Shown: positions 12,723 through 35,790 of the stretch, piece after piece
Numbering within the stretch: position 1 is the stretch's first letter
Layout of the letters: each line of letters begins with the position of its first letter
From: Thalia democratica
Lineage: Eukaryota
Reading direction: 5' to 3'
DNA: 64,000 nucleotides
Assembly: GCA_965202585.1 (NCBI GenBank)
Contig: OZ241827.1
Location: 47,616,001-47,680,000 of the forward strand
Translations under genes and position numbers: made by a program
The notes under the pieces: model-generated
Databases searched by the model: none
What the model was told of the DNA's origin: nothing
What the model saw: the letters and a program-made list of their open reading frames with translations, nothing else

Positions 12723-13122
12723 GGGGAATGGATCAAATATGCACGAAGGGTAACTTTTGTACAAAGGATCATTTTTGCACGAAAGTAATAAATAAAATTA
12801 TAAAACAAAAAATAAAAAAATTGTCAATAAAAAGTTACCGATCAAGGGAAAGGGATTACAGTGATAGTAACAAAAAGTTAAATTAAAATTAAAACAAAAA
12901 ATAAATTAGTAAGAAAAAAAACTGACCAAGGGTAAGGGGTAACAGTGATAGTTAAAAAAAAGAAAATAATAATAAAATAAAATGAAAAGAAGTTACTGAC
13001 CAAAAGTAAGGGTTAGAGGTAACAGTAATAGAAAAAACAAAGAAAAAAATTATTTAAGAAAATTAAATGATAGTAAAATATTCAACCTGTGCACAAGTAT
13101 AGTGCAAAACTGACCCGTCTCC
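12723..13122. mobile_element. Degenerate copy of the Mutator-type MITE family
   Basis: Ends ggggaatggatcaa and tgacccgtctcc, tgcacgaa subterminal repeats and an internal gggtaaggggtaacagtgatagt motif. No clear TSD. Confidence 0.65.
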
Positions 13123-13726
13123 AGACATGTTTAAAGATAATAAGAATGTAACAAATCAACTTACAAAGAGCTGCACAATATGAAATTAAACCAAAATATT
13201 TATTTATTTACTATGTTTATTGCGAAAGCATAAAACAGATGTAAAGTAATAAACTCTATAAAACTTTTAATTTTATTTCATTTAGAAAAAAACAGGTATT
13301 TAAAAAATAGTGGCAACCTTAACTTTAGTTTCAAAAAAAATTCTTATTTGCTTACATAAGATAAACTTAGATAGAATTTGATGTAAATTTTTATTTTAAA
13401 GATAGCTCACCAAACATTTGAAGACGCAAAATGTAAAAGTGTCACTGTGAAGTATTAAAACATTTTAGTTTAGTTGATTTTTAATCATTAGTTATATAGT
13501 TAGTAAATGTAAGTTTTATTTTTTTTAGTAACTTGTATTTTAAAACTAAAAATTATAGACTAGAAACATTGTTAAACAAGAAACAAACATGTTATTAAAT
13601 TATCAAACCAATACAAAACGGATATTATATAAATTATTCAATTAAACTAACTAATTACTCAAGCAAACTTATTGGCCATAACTTTTTTTCACATTATGAC
13701 GTATTTCAAACCTGGAGTTAAATTTT

Positions 13727-14788
13727 ATGATACTTCAAATTAATACTCGACCTTTTTCCAATAAGATGATCATCACGAGAATTTCAATACTTTTCATTCT
13801 GTTCGGCTTGTGCTCGTGTCAAGTCCGCAGGGAAGTCGCGGAGGCCAACTACGAGGACTTCCCGCACCAGGTGCAGATCGTGGTCACGTACGCGGACGAG
13901 AGCGTCGGCGGCGGGACCGGAACGCTGATACTGGACAAGTGGGGCAACCAGTGGGTGCTGACCTGCGCGCACGTCTTTCAAAACGTGAAGGGCAACGGAG
14001 CGGTGGTGTCCGCCGAGGTGCGCATCCCGTCTGAGGGGTTCGCGGCAGAAGCGAGTCACTGGTGGTCGGACGGGAGCTACAACATCTACGAGGCAGAGCC
14101 AGAGTATGAGGAGGAGTACAACTACGAGGAAATGGACATCGCTCTTGTGAAGCTGAAGACAAACTTGATGACGAGTGACGGTAAATTAGCCCGCGTCACC
14201 GCCGCAACGCTGCCCGAAGAAGACGACGTCATCGAAGATTACAGCGAGGTAAGGTTCGCGGGATTCGGTCAGAACAACCGGAGAGAAGATGACATTCTTT
14301 TGGAGGGAAGATCCTACAAGCTGCCCGATTACGTAAGCTATCATCTGGAGTTCAAACTGGAAGGACACCACACGATGAAAAAAGCTGAACGCATTCATGA
14401 GTATTACAGGAACGTGGCCAGCGACGAGGAGAAGCGGGAGTTGAACATGAGGTTCGAACTGGAATATCCTTCTCACTTTTTCACCGGGGTCAGGCGCCCC
14501 CATGACATCGGGTCGCACGCGGGAACGGGCGACTCCGGATGCGGCCTTTTCAAAATGGAAAAATCGACGACGGTACACGGTGTGCTCATCATACAGGATT
14601 ACGAAAAGTACCGCCGCCAGCAATACACGCGGCCGATCAAGTGGGTGAAGGTGGCGGATTTCAAAGGATGGATTGAAGGCAAGATGGAAGCTCACTCGGA
14701 CAGAAAATTCCGTCAACGGGCGGGGAATGGAAACTTGCAGAATGTTGTTTTGGCTGCCGTCTACGGAGTATGCGTTTACTTTTTGTAA
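13727..14788 (+). CDS. Intronless secreted trypsin-fold (S1) serine protease, divergent, with a hydrophobic C-terminus (possible GPI or membrane anchor)
   Basis: 353-aa ORF (start may be Met14 at 13766). Signal-like ISILFILFGLCSC. Catalytic motifs VLTCAH (His 13970), MDIALVKL (Asp 14135) and TGDSG (Ser 14534). C-terminus VVLAAVYGVCVYFL. AATAAA at 14789 and 14810. Confidence 0.9.
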   Translation: MILQINTRPFSNKMIITRISILFILFGLCSCQVRREVAEANYEDFPHQVQIVVTYADESVGGGTGTLILDKWGNQWVLTCAHVFQNVKGNGAVVSAEVRIPSEGFAAEASHWWSDGSYNIYEAEPEYEEEYNYEEMDIALVKLKTNLMTSDGKLARVTAATLPEEDDVIEDYSEVRFAGFGQNNRREDDILLEGRSYKLPDYVSYHLEFKLEGHHTMKKAERIHEYYRNVASDEEKRELNMRFELEYPSHFFTGVRRPHDIGSHAGTGDSGCGLFKMEKSTTVHGVLIIQDYEKYRRQQYTRPIKWVKVADFKGWIEGKMEAHSDRKFRQRAGNGNLQNVVLAAVYGVCVYFL

Positions 14789-15343
14789 AATAAATTGGTC
14801 GAATTTAATAATAAAAATGTAATGATGTTAACGCAAATAAAAAGATCAACAGCTAACTTTTAATTTTTTGCTTTCAACTCTAGTTTAAGCGAATATTCTT
14901 TTTGTTTTGGTCACATGACAATTCAAATTCCGACAACTCAAGTTCTTAAAAAATATTTAATAAGCAATGTATATAAAGTATTTGAAAAAAAAAACGGTTA
15001 TAGATCTAATTAATAAAAGTATGATAACAAAAAGTAAACTGAAAATGAAGTTCATTAAAAGAGATTTTTTTAAATTACTGAATGTTACTATGTAATTAGA
15101 CTTATTTTATCAATATCTCAAAAATACAAAAGATTTTGTAAAATTTAAAAAATAGTTATAAGGTTTTAATTAGACCAACAAAAATATTTCAACTTTTTAA
15201 AAACCGTATTATTTTTATAGTTTTAGCTCTTTAACTGTTTTTTTAAGAATTTGAATTATTGGAATTTGAATTTGGATTGTCGTGCACCCGTTTGTATTTT
15301 ACTACGTTTAACTAATAAAATGTCACATGTAGTAATTAGATAT

Positions 15344-15932
15344 GGGAACGGGTCAAAATTGCACGAGTTTACTAAATTGCACGAGGGGACTAAATTGAAC
15401 CAAAGATACTTTTGCATGAAGATAAATTTGTACGAGGGGACAAAGCTGCACGAAGACAAATTGCACTAAGGGTCAATTTTGCAAGGAGGGTAATTTTTGC
15501 ACGAAAGTAAAAAAAAAACAGAATAAAAGTATATGTAAAAAAACAAAATAAAAATAAAAGATAAATTAATAAAATAACAAAAAAAAAAGTTATTGACCGA
15601 GGGTAAGGGCTAGGGGTAACAGTGACAGTGAAAATAAAAACAAAAAATAACTAAGAACAATTATAAAAAAATAATTAATAGAAAAAAATAATTACCGACC
15701 GAGGGTAAGGGTTAGGGGTAACAGTCAGAGTAAAAAAAAATTACTAAATTAAAATAAATAAAAATTTCAATTAATAAAAAAGTTATAAAAAAAAGAAAAG
15801 TTTATCCCGTGCAAAAATGTCTCCGTGCAATTTTATTTCCTCGTGCAAAAGTATCTTCGTTAAATTTATGCCATCGTGCAACTTTGTCCCCTCGTGTAAT
15901 TTCGTACGCTCGCGCAAACTTGACAGCTACCT
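15344..15932. mobile_element. Mutator (MULE)-type MITE (589 bp)
   Basis: Perfect 9-bp TSD attagatat (15335-15343, 15933-15941). Imperfect TIRs gggaacgggtcaa/ttgacagctacct. Inverted subterminal tgcacga repeats. Confidence 0.85.
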
Positions 15933-16343
15933 ATTAGATATATATACAAAATAATTATAAACTACAGTAATCTGCCGAAAGAAATTTTGGTCTTTATTTA
16001 CCTACAATAATATATATTGTATAGTCTTTATACAAACATGTTAAAAGCCACTAAAGTAAGTTTACAGATGACTATTACACTATAATACCATCTTAATTAT
16101 AATACAATTATTATATACTAAAACTATATTATATACTTAGTACACATTATAATATAATTCTTATATGATAAATAGTCATCTTAAGTATAATAAAAAAATT
16201 ATACGCTTTTTACATTTATGTTTCAATCGTGGGATATGTAAATGTAATTGCACTGTTCATTATTTTCGTTTATCTAAATTTTTGTGATCTTTGAAAATAT
16301 ATTTTAAAACAGTAAAAACATTTCTTATTTTTAGCTGAGAAGT

Positions 16344-16405
16344 AGCTCGCAGGCCGCAGATTTTGACTTTGGGGGGTGATTTTGGCCGCAGTTTGCAAAC
16401 TCCTA
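16344..16405. mobile_element. Fragment of the neighbouring hAT MITE family
   Basis: ggccgcagtttgcaaactccta resembles the reverse complement of the left end of the 16559 element. Confidence 0.45.
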
Positions 16406-16558
16406 GTCTAGGTAGTATTTTGCTCATATACCAGAGATTACCAAACAAAAAAATTGTTTATTAATATTTTCAAATATTATATATAACCTGAATTTTGTTT
16501 AGTTATTTTTTGAATGCTATAAAATTAGTAATAAAAAAGTTGGTCTAAGTACTTAGTG

Positions 16559-16908
16559 CAGGGGTCGGCAAACTGCAGCTCGCGGGCCAAATGCGGCCCT
16601 CGAAGACAAAATCTGTGGCCCGCGAGGTACATTTCAGCTAAAAACATACTTTTTTAAATCAATACAAAAAATAAATTTGGTGGTTTAAACTTGCAAGTAG
16701 GGTTTAATTTAAGTAATTACGCATTATTAGTGCTCTTTTATAGCTATTTTTGTCACATTTTTTGGTTTAAATTAGCCTTTTTGTTTAAATATTACTATAT
16801 ATTTCTAAAAACTGCGGCCCGCGAAGACTTTTTTCTGTATAGTGCGGCCCGCGAGAAAATTTTTGTAAAAAAATTGGCCCGCTACTTATATAATGCTGCC
16901 GACCCCTG
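16559..16908. mobile_element. hAT (Charlie-like) MITE (350 bp)
   Basis: 12-bp TIRs caggggtcggca/tgccgacccctg, perfect 8-bp TSD acttagtg on both sides, and gcggcccgcga subterminal motifs. Confidence 0.92.
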
Positions 16909-19900
16909 ACTTAGTGTATAGAAAGAGCTTTCGGTCACCGGGTTGCAGTCGGATTCACTTTCAAATTTTGAGATACATAAAAACAATTTTACAAAACCGA
17001 AGACTAAGAAAACTTACCATTAAAAAGAATAAAAAATAATGTTTTCAACTCACATTAATAACAATAAAATATTGCTTAAATGGTAGAAAAAACTGCCGAG
17101 TGTAATAAACTAAGGCATGTAATTAAAACTATTATTATATATAACAGAACACAGTTAAAAAACTAGTAGATAATTATTCATTGTGTAAAAGGCTTTATAA
17201 ACTCGAAAGTTTGAACTAGCTATTTCTAACTAATTATTGCCTTTGTTATATTTTTTAATAAAGTCTTTTGAAAATATACAAAATTTCTAAACTAACAACT
17301 TTTTTTATCTATTCCAAAAACATATTTTCCATAATTTTTTGTACAAAATTTTGTACTAGATAAAAACGGTAACAATTTTTTCTTCATAACTTAATCCTCT
17401 CAAAATAAATTGATATCTTTGTTAAGTAACCACAACTTTACAGTTATAATATTTAACTTACAACTACCATATTGATTTGTAAAAGATTGACAAAATCAGT
17501 TCTGTAGCTTTTATTTGAATAATTTTCAATTGTCCAAAATTTTCACGCAATTTCAAAAAAAGCTTAAGTATTGTCAAGTTAAGAATGTACTTCTTAGCTT
17601 ATTTACTTAAATAGTTTGCTTACTCACTGTATTTTTGTTCTTTTTTTGTATATATTTTTTTCAAATATTAGTAATCAACCAAGTTTTTAAGTTTACAAAC
17701 GTTTCTCGAAAACAATTAAAACCTTGGCCACAATTTGGTAACATTATTTAAACTTGTATAACGGTTTATTTGAAATAAAATTAGTTTAAATGTATTGTGA
17801 TTATAAGCTAGTTTCAAAGAGTTTCGTTAGGAAACAACGTTCCACTCTATTAGAGATCTTTAGTTATAATTAAACCCTTGTTCAGGTAGAATTCGTTTTA
17901 AGAACATTTTTTTCTATTTGAATAAAAGTTTAATTACAGCTAAGTACTTTTATTAGAGTGAAACAACGTTTTATAGCGGAACTGTTTGAAATAAACTGTT
18001 TGTATTAATTTCCTTGAATCCAAGTTGAGAACTCTAACACTTAAAACCAAAAGTAAGATATAATAAGCTGGTTTGTAGAAATATATTTATGTTGCAAAAC
18101 TACTTGCGTTCGACAAAAAATAAAATTATAATTTTTAAACTTAATGAAGAGCTAGTATTGACTTATAAAACATTATATGAAAATAAAACACGATTTCAAT
18201 AAACTTTTTTTGAACGCAAACTTCTCAAAATCAAATTAAAAGTGTCCGATTTATTGATTTAGTTATAGAGTTGCAGCAAAGTACTTTTTCTTAATATATG
18301 TGTTTTTTTTTTTGAGCAGAACAAATAGCTATTTTTGTTTAGAAATCTACAAATTAAAACAAACCAGCAGATTCAATGTACGAGAATCGAGAAAAAAAAA
18401 AAACTGTTTTGAGACTTATGATACACTTTTACAAATATTATTGTTATTAGAATATAAAGTTTCACTATTAACTTAAAAATTGTCTAAAAATCTATTCTGT
18501 TATATTTTTTTAGTAAGTTATGCACCGGAAAAAAGCTGTTAAAAATTGTCAAAATAAAACTACAGCTCTATCTTACGTCATGAATTAAACATTTTTGCAG
18601 ATGTACTATTTTTGCAGAAGTATTTTATAACACAGAATTTAATTACTTAAATATTAAATGTTTACAATTTGTCACTGATTTCGAAATTGAAAATGAACTT
18701 AACATTTTTTTGGTTTATTTTTGTAAAAAAGAAACACTTAATGCTTAAGTTTTTATTACTCAGCTTTGAAAAAATAAATAAATAAAAATCTCTTGTTCAT
18801 ACTATACAATTACATTTATTACTAACACAATGACACAATAATATTTGATGTTTATTTATACTTATTGTTGAATTACGAAGCACAAATAAGACAGCGGTTG
18901 AAAATAATAATTCAAGAAATATTCTAGTAACTATTGGTAGTGTACAAATTTTAATTAAACAAAATTACTTTTGCTAGAAAAATATTTATCATAATTGACA
19001 TCTACTACTCAAAAAAAAAAGGAAAGTAATGGATTATAACGAAACGATATTAATTTTGACAGAAAACTGAAAGTAAAACTTAAGTTATTTTTCAAAGTAA
19101 GGCTGTTTTTTTTTAAATAATTTTAACACATGATTAATAATTTTTTTTTTGGTTTAACAATGATAAATTTACAGAGTGTTTAAATACAATTTTTGACTTT
19201 TTTAAAACTAATAAATTGAAATTACTTCTCTGAAACAAAAAAAAATTTGCTAAAAAAGCTATGTATAACAAAAGTTGATAGTTATTTTTGTAATGCACAT
19301 ATAATTTAAGTAAATTAAAATATCTATTAAATGACATTAAGTAAAACACCAGGAACAAAATTTAAACTGCATTTTGATAATTCGAAAGTAACTTTGCCAT
19401 ATTTAGAGCGCTAAAATGTTTCAATTATTACAGTTTAAAACACATAATGTTACAAATTATTCCAAAAAATAACATTATACACATGTTGTAAACATAATAA
19501 TGGCGTTATTAGAGGAATATTAGGGTAAACTGGTAATTTGACTTGATCTCAACGAATCTCCTGAAAAAACAAGTTTGTTAGGGTAATAAATAGTAGTAGA
19601 TAAATTAGAGTTATGGTTGAAAGTTCTTTGTTTTAAGTTTTGTCACTTAAGCAATTTTTTGGGTTATATGTTCTACCAAAATAATATTTATTTTCACTGA
19701 AAAAATTACCTATAAAAACTTTTAGCTATTTATTAAAAGCGATTACTTTAGATTAAAAAAGCACTAAACAGAACAAATACTAAAATACATCCGATGTGTG
19801 AATACTCGTCACGAAAAACGTGCTACTAACCTGATATGCTCTAACGTTGGTGTTTCAGTTTAAACTAATATAGTTGTATAGCAAAGGTTAGCTTTCATTT

Positions 19901-22079
19901 ATTTGTGAATGAACGGTAAGTGGTTTGTAATTGCCAATAACTTAGCTTTGGAGTGCTTTTTAAGTGTCAATTGTTGTAATAGCTATTAAAAAAGTTTAGA
20001 CTTGCAATTTGCTTTCAACACATACCATACGAAAGTGGAGATAAGTAAAATTGAAAAACCATCTTGACAAAGTATGTTTTTTGCTTTTATTTTACGGTTT
20101 AGAAAGCTTAATAAATCAATTAAAATGGTAATATTTTCAGTACTCCTACTTTAATTATTAAAAAACTTAAAAAATAAATCAACAACCGAAAATTAGAATA
20201 TAACTAAATTATCAATATAGAACTTGTTAATTTTATTCAATAATTATCACTACAGAAATGACATCGATAAGCAAAATGCGTACTTTACAGTTTTGAGACA
20301 AGTTTGAATCATCTAACACTGGATAGTAGCTAGTATTTTAAAACAAATATGATCTGTTCTTGTTCATTTTTTAAAACTTGATCAAAATAACAAAACTGAT
20401 AACACTTTTTAACTCATTTTACTTTTTGTGATTTTTTCAAAGTAGCTTTTGAGATATAAGCGATCAAAGTAAAAAAGATTAATAGTATAATTGTAAAAGG
20501 TGACAGCTAAAAAGGCAAAAGAAGATAGTTTTACTAAAAGTCTACCTTCTTAGGTTTTTGAGTAATTTCATTTAAACTTAAGTAAAATTTATAATTCATT
20601 AACAAACAAATTTTATTTTTGTATTGTGTTCATAAAATTAAAACTAAAATTTTGCTTCCTACTAGTTGTTCGCAATATTGAAAAAAAAATTCTGAATATT
20701 TTTTTTTTAATGTAATAGAGATAAATTTTTAGTAATTATTTTTTATTCTAAGAAAATCAGCCACGAAAAATTCTCTTCTATACACTACAATTGTACCGGA
20801 GCTTTTTTTTTAAACTAATTATATATCAAAAGATGGAATTTTTGTTCTATGAAAAGTATCTTAAAGTTTATACTTTAAGCTTTAATTTACAGGTTAAGTT
20901 AATTTAAAAAAAAATCTTAAGCCCTTTGTGGTTTTCTTAATATAGTTTGTTTCCTTTGCACTACTTTTATTCAAAAAGAAAATTTTATTTTATGTTTCCA
21001 TTTACATCATATAAAAAACATGTATTTGCTCGTTTAACTTCATTAGTTCAATAATACGTCATGAGACATTCATTTTCAATTTTTTTGATCCCACTCGTTT
21101 TTTAGATTTAATGTGTACCTTATCGATTTTCTTACTGTAGCCAGAATTTCTTTTTTAAGTCTAGATAAAAAGGTCATTAAAGTTATAATCAACTACGAAA
21201 ATTTTATACATGGTTTGAATAAGCTTGGAACAAAAATAAATGACATTTACCTGAACGAATTTAAGTGTACAAAATAGAATTAGATTCAAATTCATTAAGG
21301 TTTAGAAAAACAGGTTACATAATTTTAAAATCAAATTTATTTTAAGACTTTTTAATAAAACAATATATAGATTTACAATGATAATTTTGATAAATACTTT
21401 TTAGTGAGATAGTTGTTTAAAGCAGGAAATTGATGAAAATAGCTGAATAATGACTCTTGAATTTTATCATTTTGCTTTTATTATAACTTTATATAATATT
21501 TTACAGTTTATTACAAGATGCAAAAAGGCTAGAAAATTTTTTAAATTATTTAATACTGCTGATGATTGTAACGTAATTTTTTAATACTTTGATTTTAAAC
21601 TTTTGTCTAGTTTTTTAAAAATATTACTGAATTAAAACCTTTTGAAAAGTTGGTACTTAATCGGTTAAGAAGTTTACAAGATCGAGGAGCTCTTTAAAAA
21701 AAATTGTATTATACATAAATCATGTTTAAAGTATAAAATTTACGCTTAACTTAGTTTTTTTAAAGAAAACAATAACAAGCTTAATTTGCAAAAACAAATT
21801 TTCAATGTATTAAGAACTGGTTTCAAAAAGTGTCATATCACTATGTTTTCACAGTATTTCAAGAAACCAAACAGTAACACATGAGAAGAAGGAACAAAAA
21901 CTTCCAAAAACCACAAAATTGAAGCAAAATGAGGCAGTGGAAAAATACGGAGCACAATAAGCACATAGCAGTGCGCGCATGTTCAGCTTACAAAGAAGAG
22001 AAGAAATTGCACGCAACACCGACATTCACTTATTTCGCCTCGCAATATTCACCTCTTTACATTCGTGAGTGAAAAGCGT

Positions 22080-22163
22080 TCAGCCCGCGGCAGGCGAACT
22101 AGCGTAGTATTTTGACGCTGCTACTCTTTTGCGCTTGTTGCTTGTGAGACGCCGCTGTTTGAA
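22080..22163 (-). CDS. Probable terminal coding exon of the ERK gene (FKQRRLTSNKRKRVAASKYYASSPAAG*)
   Basis: CpG-containing, GC-richer island downstream of ERK. A phase-0 join to the CAG|gtttag donor at 23458 places Phe five residues after IF, as in ERK IFEETARF. The acceptor could instead be the aacag 9 nt further in. Confidence 0.5.
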   Translation of the reverse strand, partial: FKQRRLTSNKRKRVAASKYYASSPAAG

Positions 22164-22591
22164 CTTTTCCATGTTTCAGTGTTTAGGAAACAAAAGACTT
22201 TTCTTTTTTAGAAAATAGTGTTAGTATACCAAAGTATAAGGCTGTAGATTACTGTAAAGAAAATGTCAAGTCTAAAGTTTTAAGCATGAAATATTAGTTT
22301 TTAATAGCAAGAGTCCTAAAGAGAAAAAAAAAACGTAGACTGCACGATTATACCTGTAATTAAACTAAGAACATCCAATACTGTAGTTTAAATATAACCT
22401 GCTTACTTTTAAAAGCATCATAAAACTATCAGATACCTATAGAAATTTTTATTTACGATAAACACATTTAAATATTTTAATGATAAAATTTATAATGCAG
22501 CAAATTAATTAAAACCTTATTTATAAAGAAAAACACACAGAACATGTGTATTTAAAGTAAATGTCAAATTAAATATTTCTTAAAAATAAAC

Positions 22592-22770
22592 TTACAAAAA
22601 ATAAATAAACGATGGTTTAAAAATCTACCAGTTTATTGCAACATTTTGTTCGAATTAATTTCGGACAACCGTCCTTCATCTAAGACATTTAGGACAACCA
22701 AAATTAATTTGAACAAAATGTTGCAATAAACTGGTAGATTTTTAAACCATCGTTTATTTATTTTTTGTAA
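22592..22770. mobile_element. Hairpin MITE (179 bp) with ~60-70 bp TIRs
   Basis: Perfect 60-bp inverted arms (ttacaaaaaataaataaacgatgg...ttttgttc). TA at both ends is compatible with a Tc1/mariner-type TSD. The spacer contains ggacaacc twice. Confidence 0.85.
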
Positions 22771-23451
22771 CTACTGATGCAGGGAAAAAATCACTAGTAA
22801 AAACAATTGACTTGTGCCCTGGACCGATTTGCGAGTTATATATAAATCTTAAAAATAAACAAAATGTTGTATAACATTTTTTTTATTCTAACAATATAAA
22901 CTTAAGTAGTAGTTCCTCATTAAGCGTTTTTGATGAAAATTTTGAAATAAAACTTAAAAAACTTACATAAAAAACCACCTTTATAATAAAACAATCAAAT
23001 TAAACTTTAAAATAAACAAGTAAGATACTTTATTCACTTACAAAAATTATCATTTATTTCATAAAAAAAAAAGCTGAAAAATAAAGTCGACTAGCTTTAT
23101 AACAAACTTTATTAATAGTTTGCTTTAATTTTAAATACTTATATTTCCAGTTGACGAGAATTTTTAAACAAAAAAAAAACAATTGTACATATTTTAAATT
23201 TGCTATACAACTACATTATTTACGTTTTGAAAATAACACCATTGAAATACTATTTAAGTCAGTCCTTAAAATTGCCAACATTAAACAAGTGATTATTAAG
23301 GTTTAATATTAATAAACCTAAAAATACTATAAATATTAGATTTTACAAGCTTATGAGCTTTTCAGGTCTTTTTCTTTCAAAATTTACTTAAACTATTTTT
23401 TTGATCATTGGGGCTTATTACGATATCTCTGACATTTCGCAAACACAAAGA

Positions 23452-34496
<11,045 letters not shown>

Positions 34497-35632
34497 ACAA
34501 TTACTGATTATATAAATATAAACCTATAAAACATAATATTTAGATAGATAATTGTAGAATGCTGCATATATTTTTAATACCAAGAAAAACTTTTCCTACT
34601 TCTAGGTAATCATAATTTATTTAAAAGTTCTTATATTAGTAATTGAAAAAGCTGTCAGCAGAGATGTTTCTTAAACTTTTGTATTTAAGATAATAAGGTT
34701 TTTGTGTAGAACTTTTTAAAACTAATACATAAATTAAAATAGATCACTTTAAGAAAAAAATTAATAAATTAACTTCAATTAACTTGGACTTGTTTATTTA
34801 AAGTCATAAACAAATGTTATATACATAGAATTTCAACTACAAAAACATTAAAATTACAATTATTAAAACTGTTAGATTATTATTGTTAAGAAAAAGTTCA
34901 AGTATAATCACTTTTATGACTTTTTTGCAACACTTTAAGTTATGTTTTAAACATAGATACATTATACACTTATTAAAGATATAAATTTCTTTAATATTTA
35001 TGTTAAATTGTTACCAGCAATCATGGAGCATAATATTTTAGCAGTTAGTTTTCTAAATGTTGTTGTAGAATTTGGTGCTGTCAGTTTACTATAGGTTTAT
35101 CTAAAATTGCATCAGCTGATTGTTAGTTTATTTAGATCACATAAGTGGGTTGATTATGTAGTTTTTTGTTATAAGGCAGTGGATACTTGCTAGAGGAATT
35201 GAGATTTAAAAGTTATTAAATAACATTGTGAGTGTTTGTCTAACTATGTCTTTTATATAACTAGTTTAATATAATTTGCTTTTATTGAAGATAAAAACTT
35301 GAATTTCACAACTTCTAAACATCTACAAACTGAATATAACACAAAAAAACTAAAAAACAAGTTAAGTGTGTCTAAGTTTAAAATAAGCTTTCCTTTAAAA
35401 ACTTAATACAAAAAAAAAGATACTATTTATAAGTCTGATAACTTCAGTTTTGTAACATTTTTTCAATTTAATAATTAAATTGACATAATCTTTGGTTACA
35501 CAATTGTCCACTGAGAATACATAACTTAGATAATATAAGCAGTTATCAACTTTTTCTCACCAGCCTCAACCATTTTATTTACAATCTGATTAACAGCTAA
35601 TAAAGTTGTACTATCTCTCCTAAAACCATACT

Positions 35633-35790
35633 CAGGGTTACTAAATGTTTTTGGAAAATTTTCTCCAGGTTTTTGAAATTTTCTCCAGGGGTTCAAAAGT
35701 ACACATTTTTGAGTCTATTTTTAGTTTAAAGCTAAGTTTAAAGTAAGAAAAATAAGAAATGGTTAGAACTATCAAAAAAATCAGTCTCAG
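35633..35790 (-). mobile_element. Inverted fragment homologous to the right part of the 5025-5359 element
   Basis: cagggtt...aaagtacacatttttg(a/g)gtctattttt...aag(c/t)taagtttaa matches the reverse complement of ~5250-5359. Confidence 0.6.

Noticed and set aside
13784-14716. Antisense and alternate-frame ORFs over the protease
   Set aside because: Shadow ORFs caused by high GC; only the + frame has catalytic motifs.
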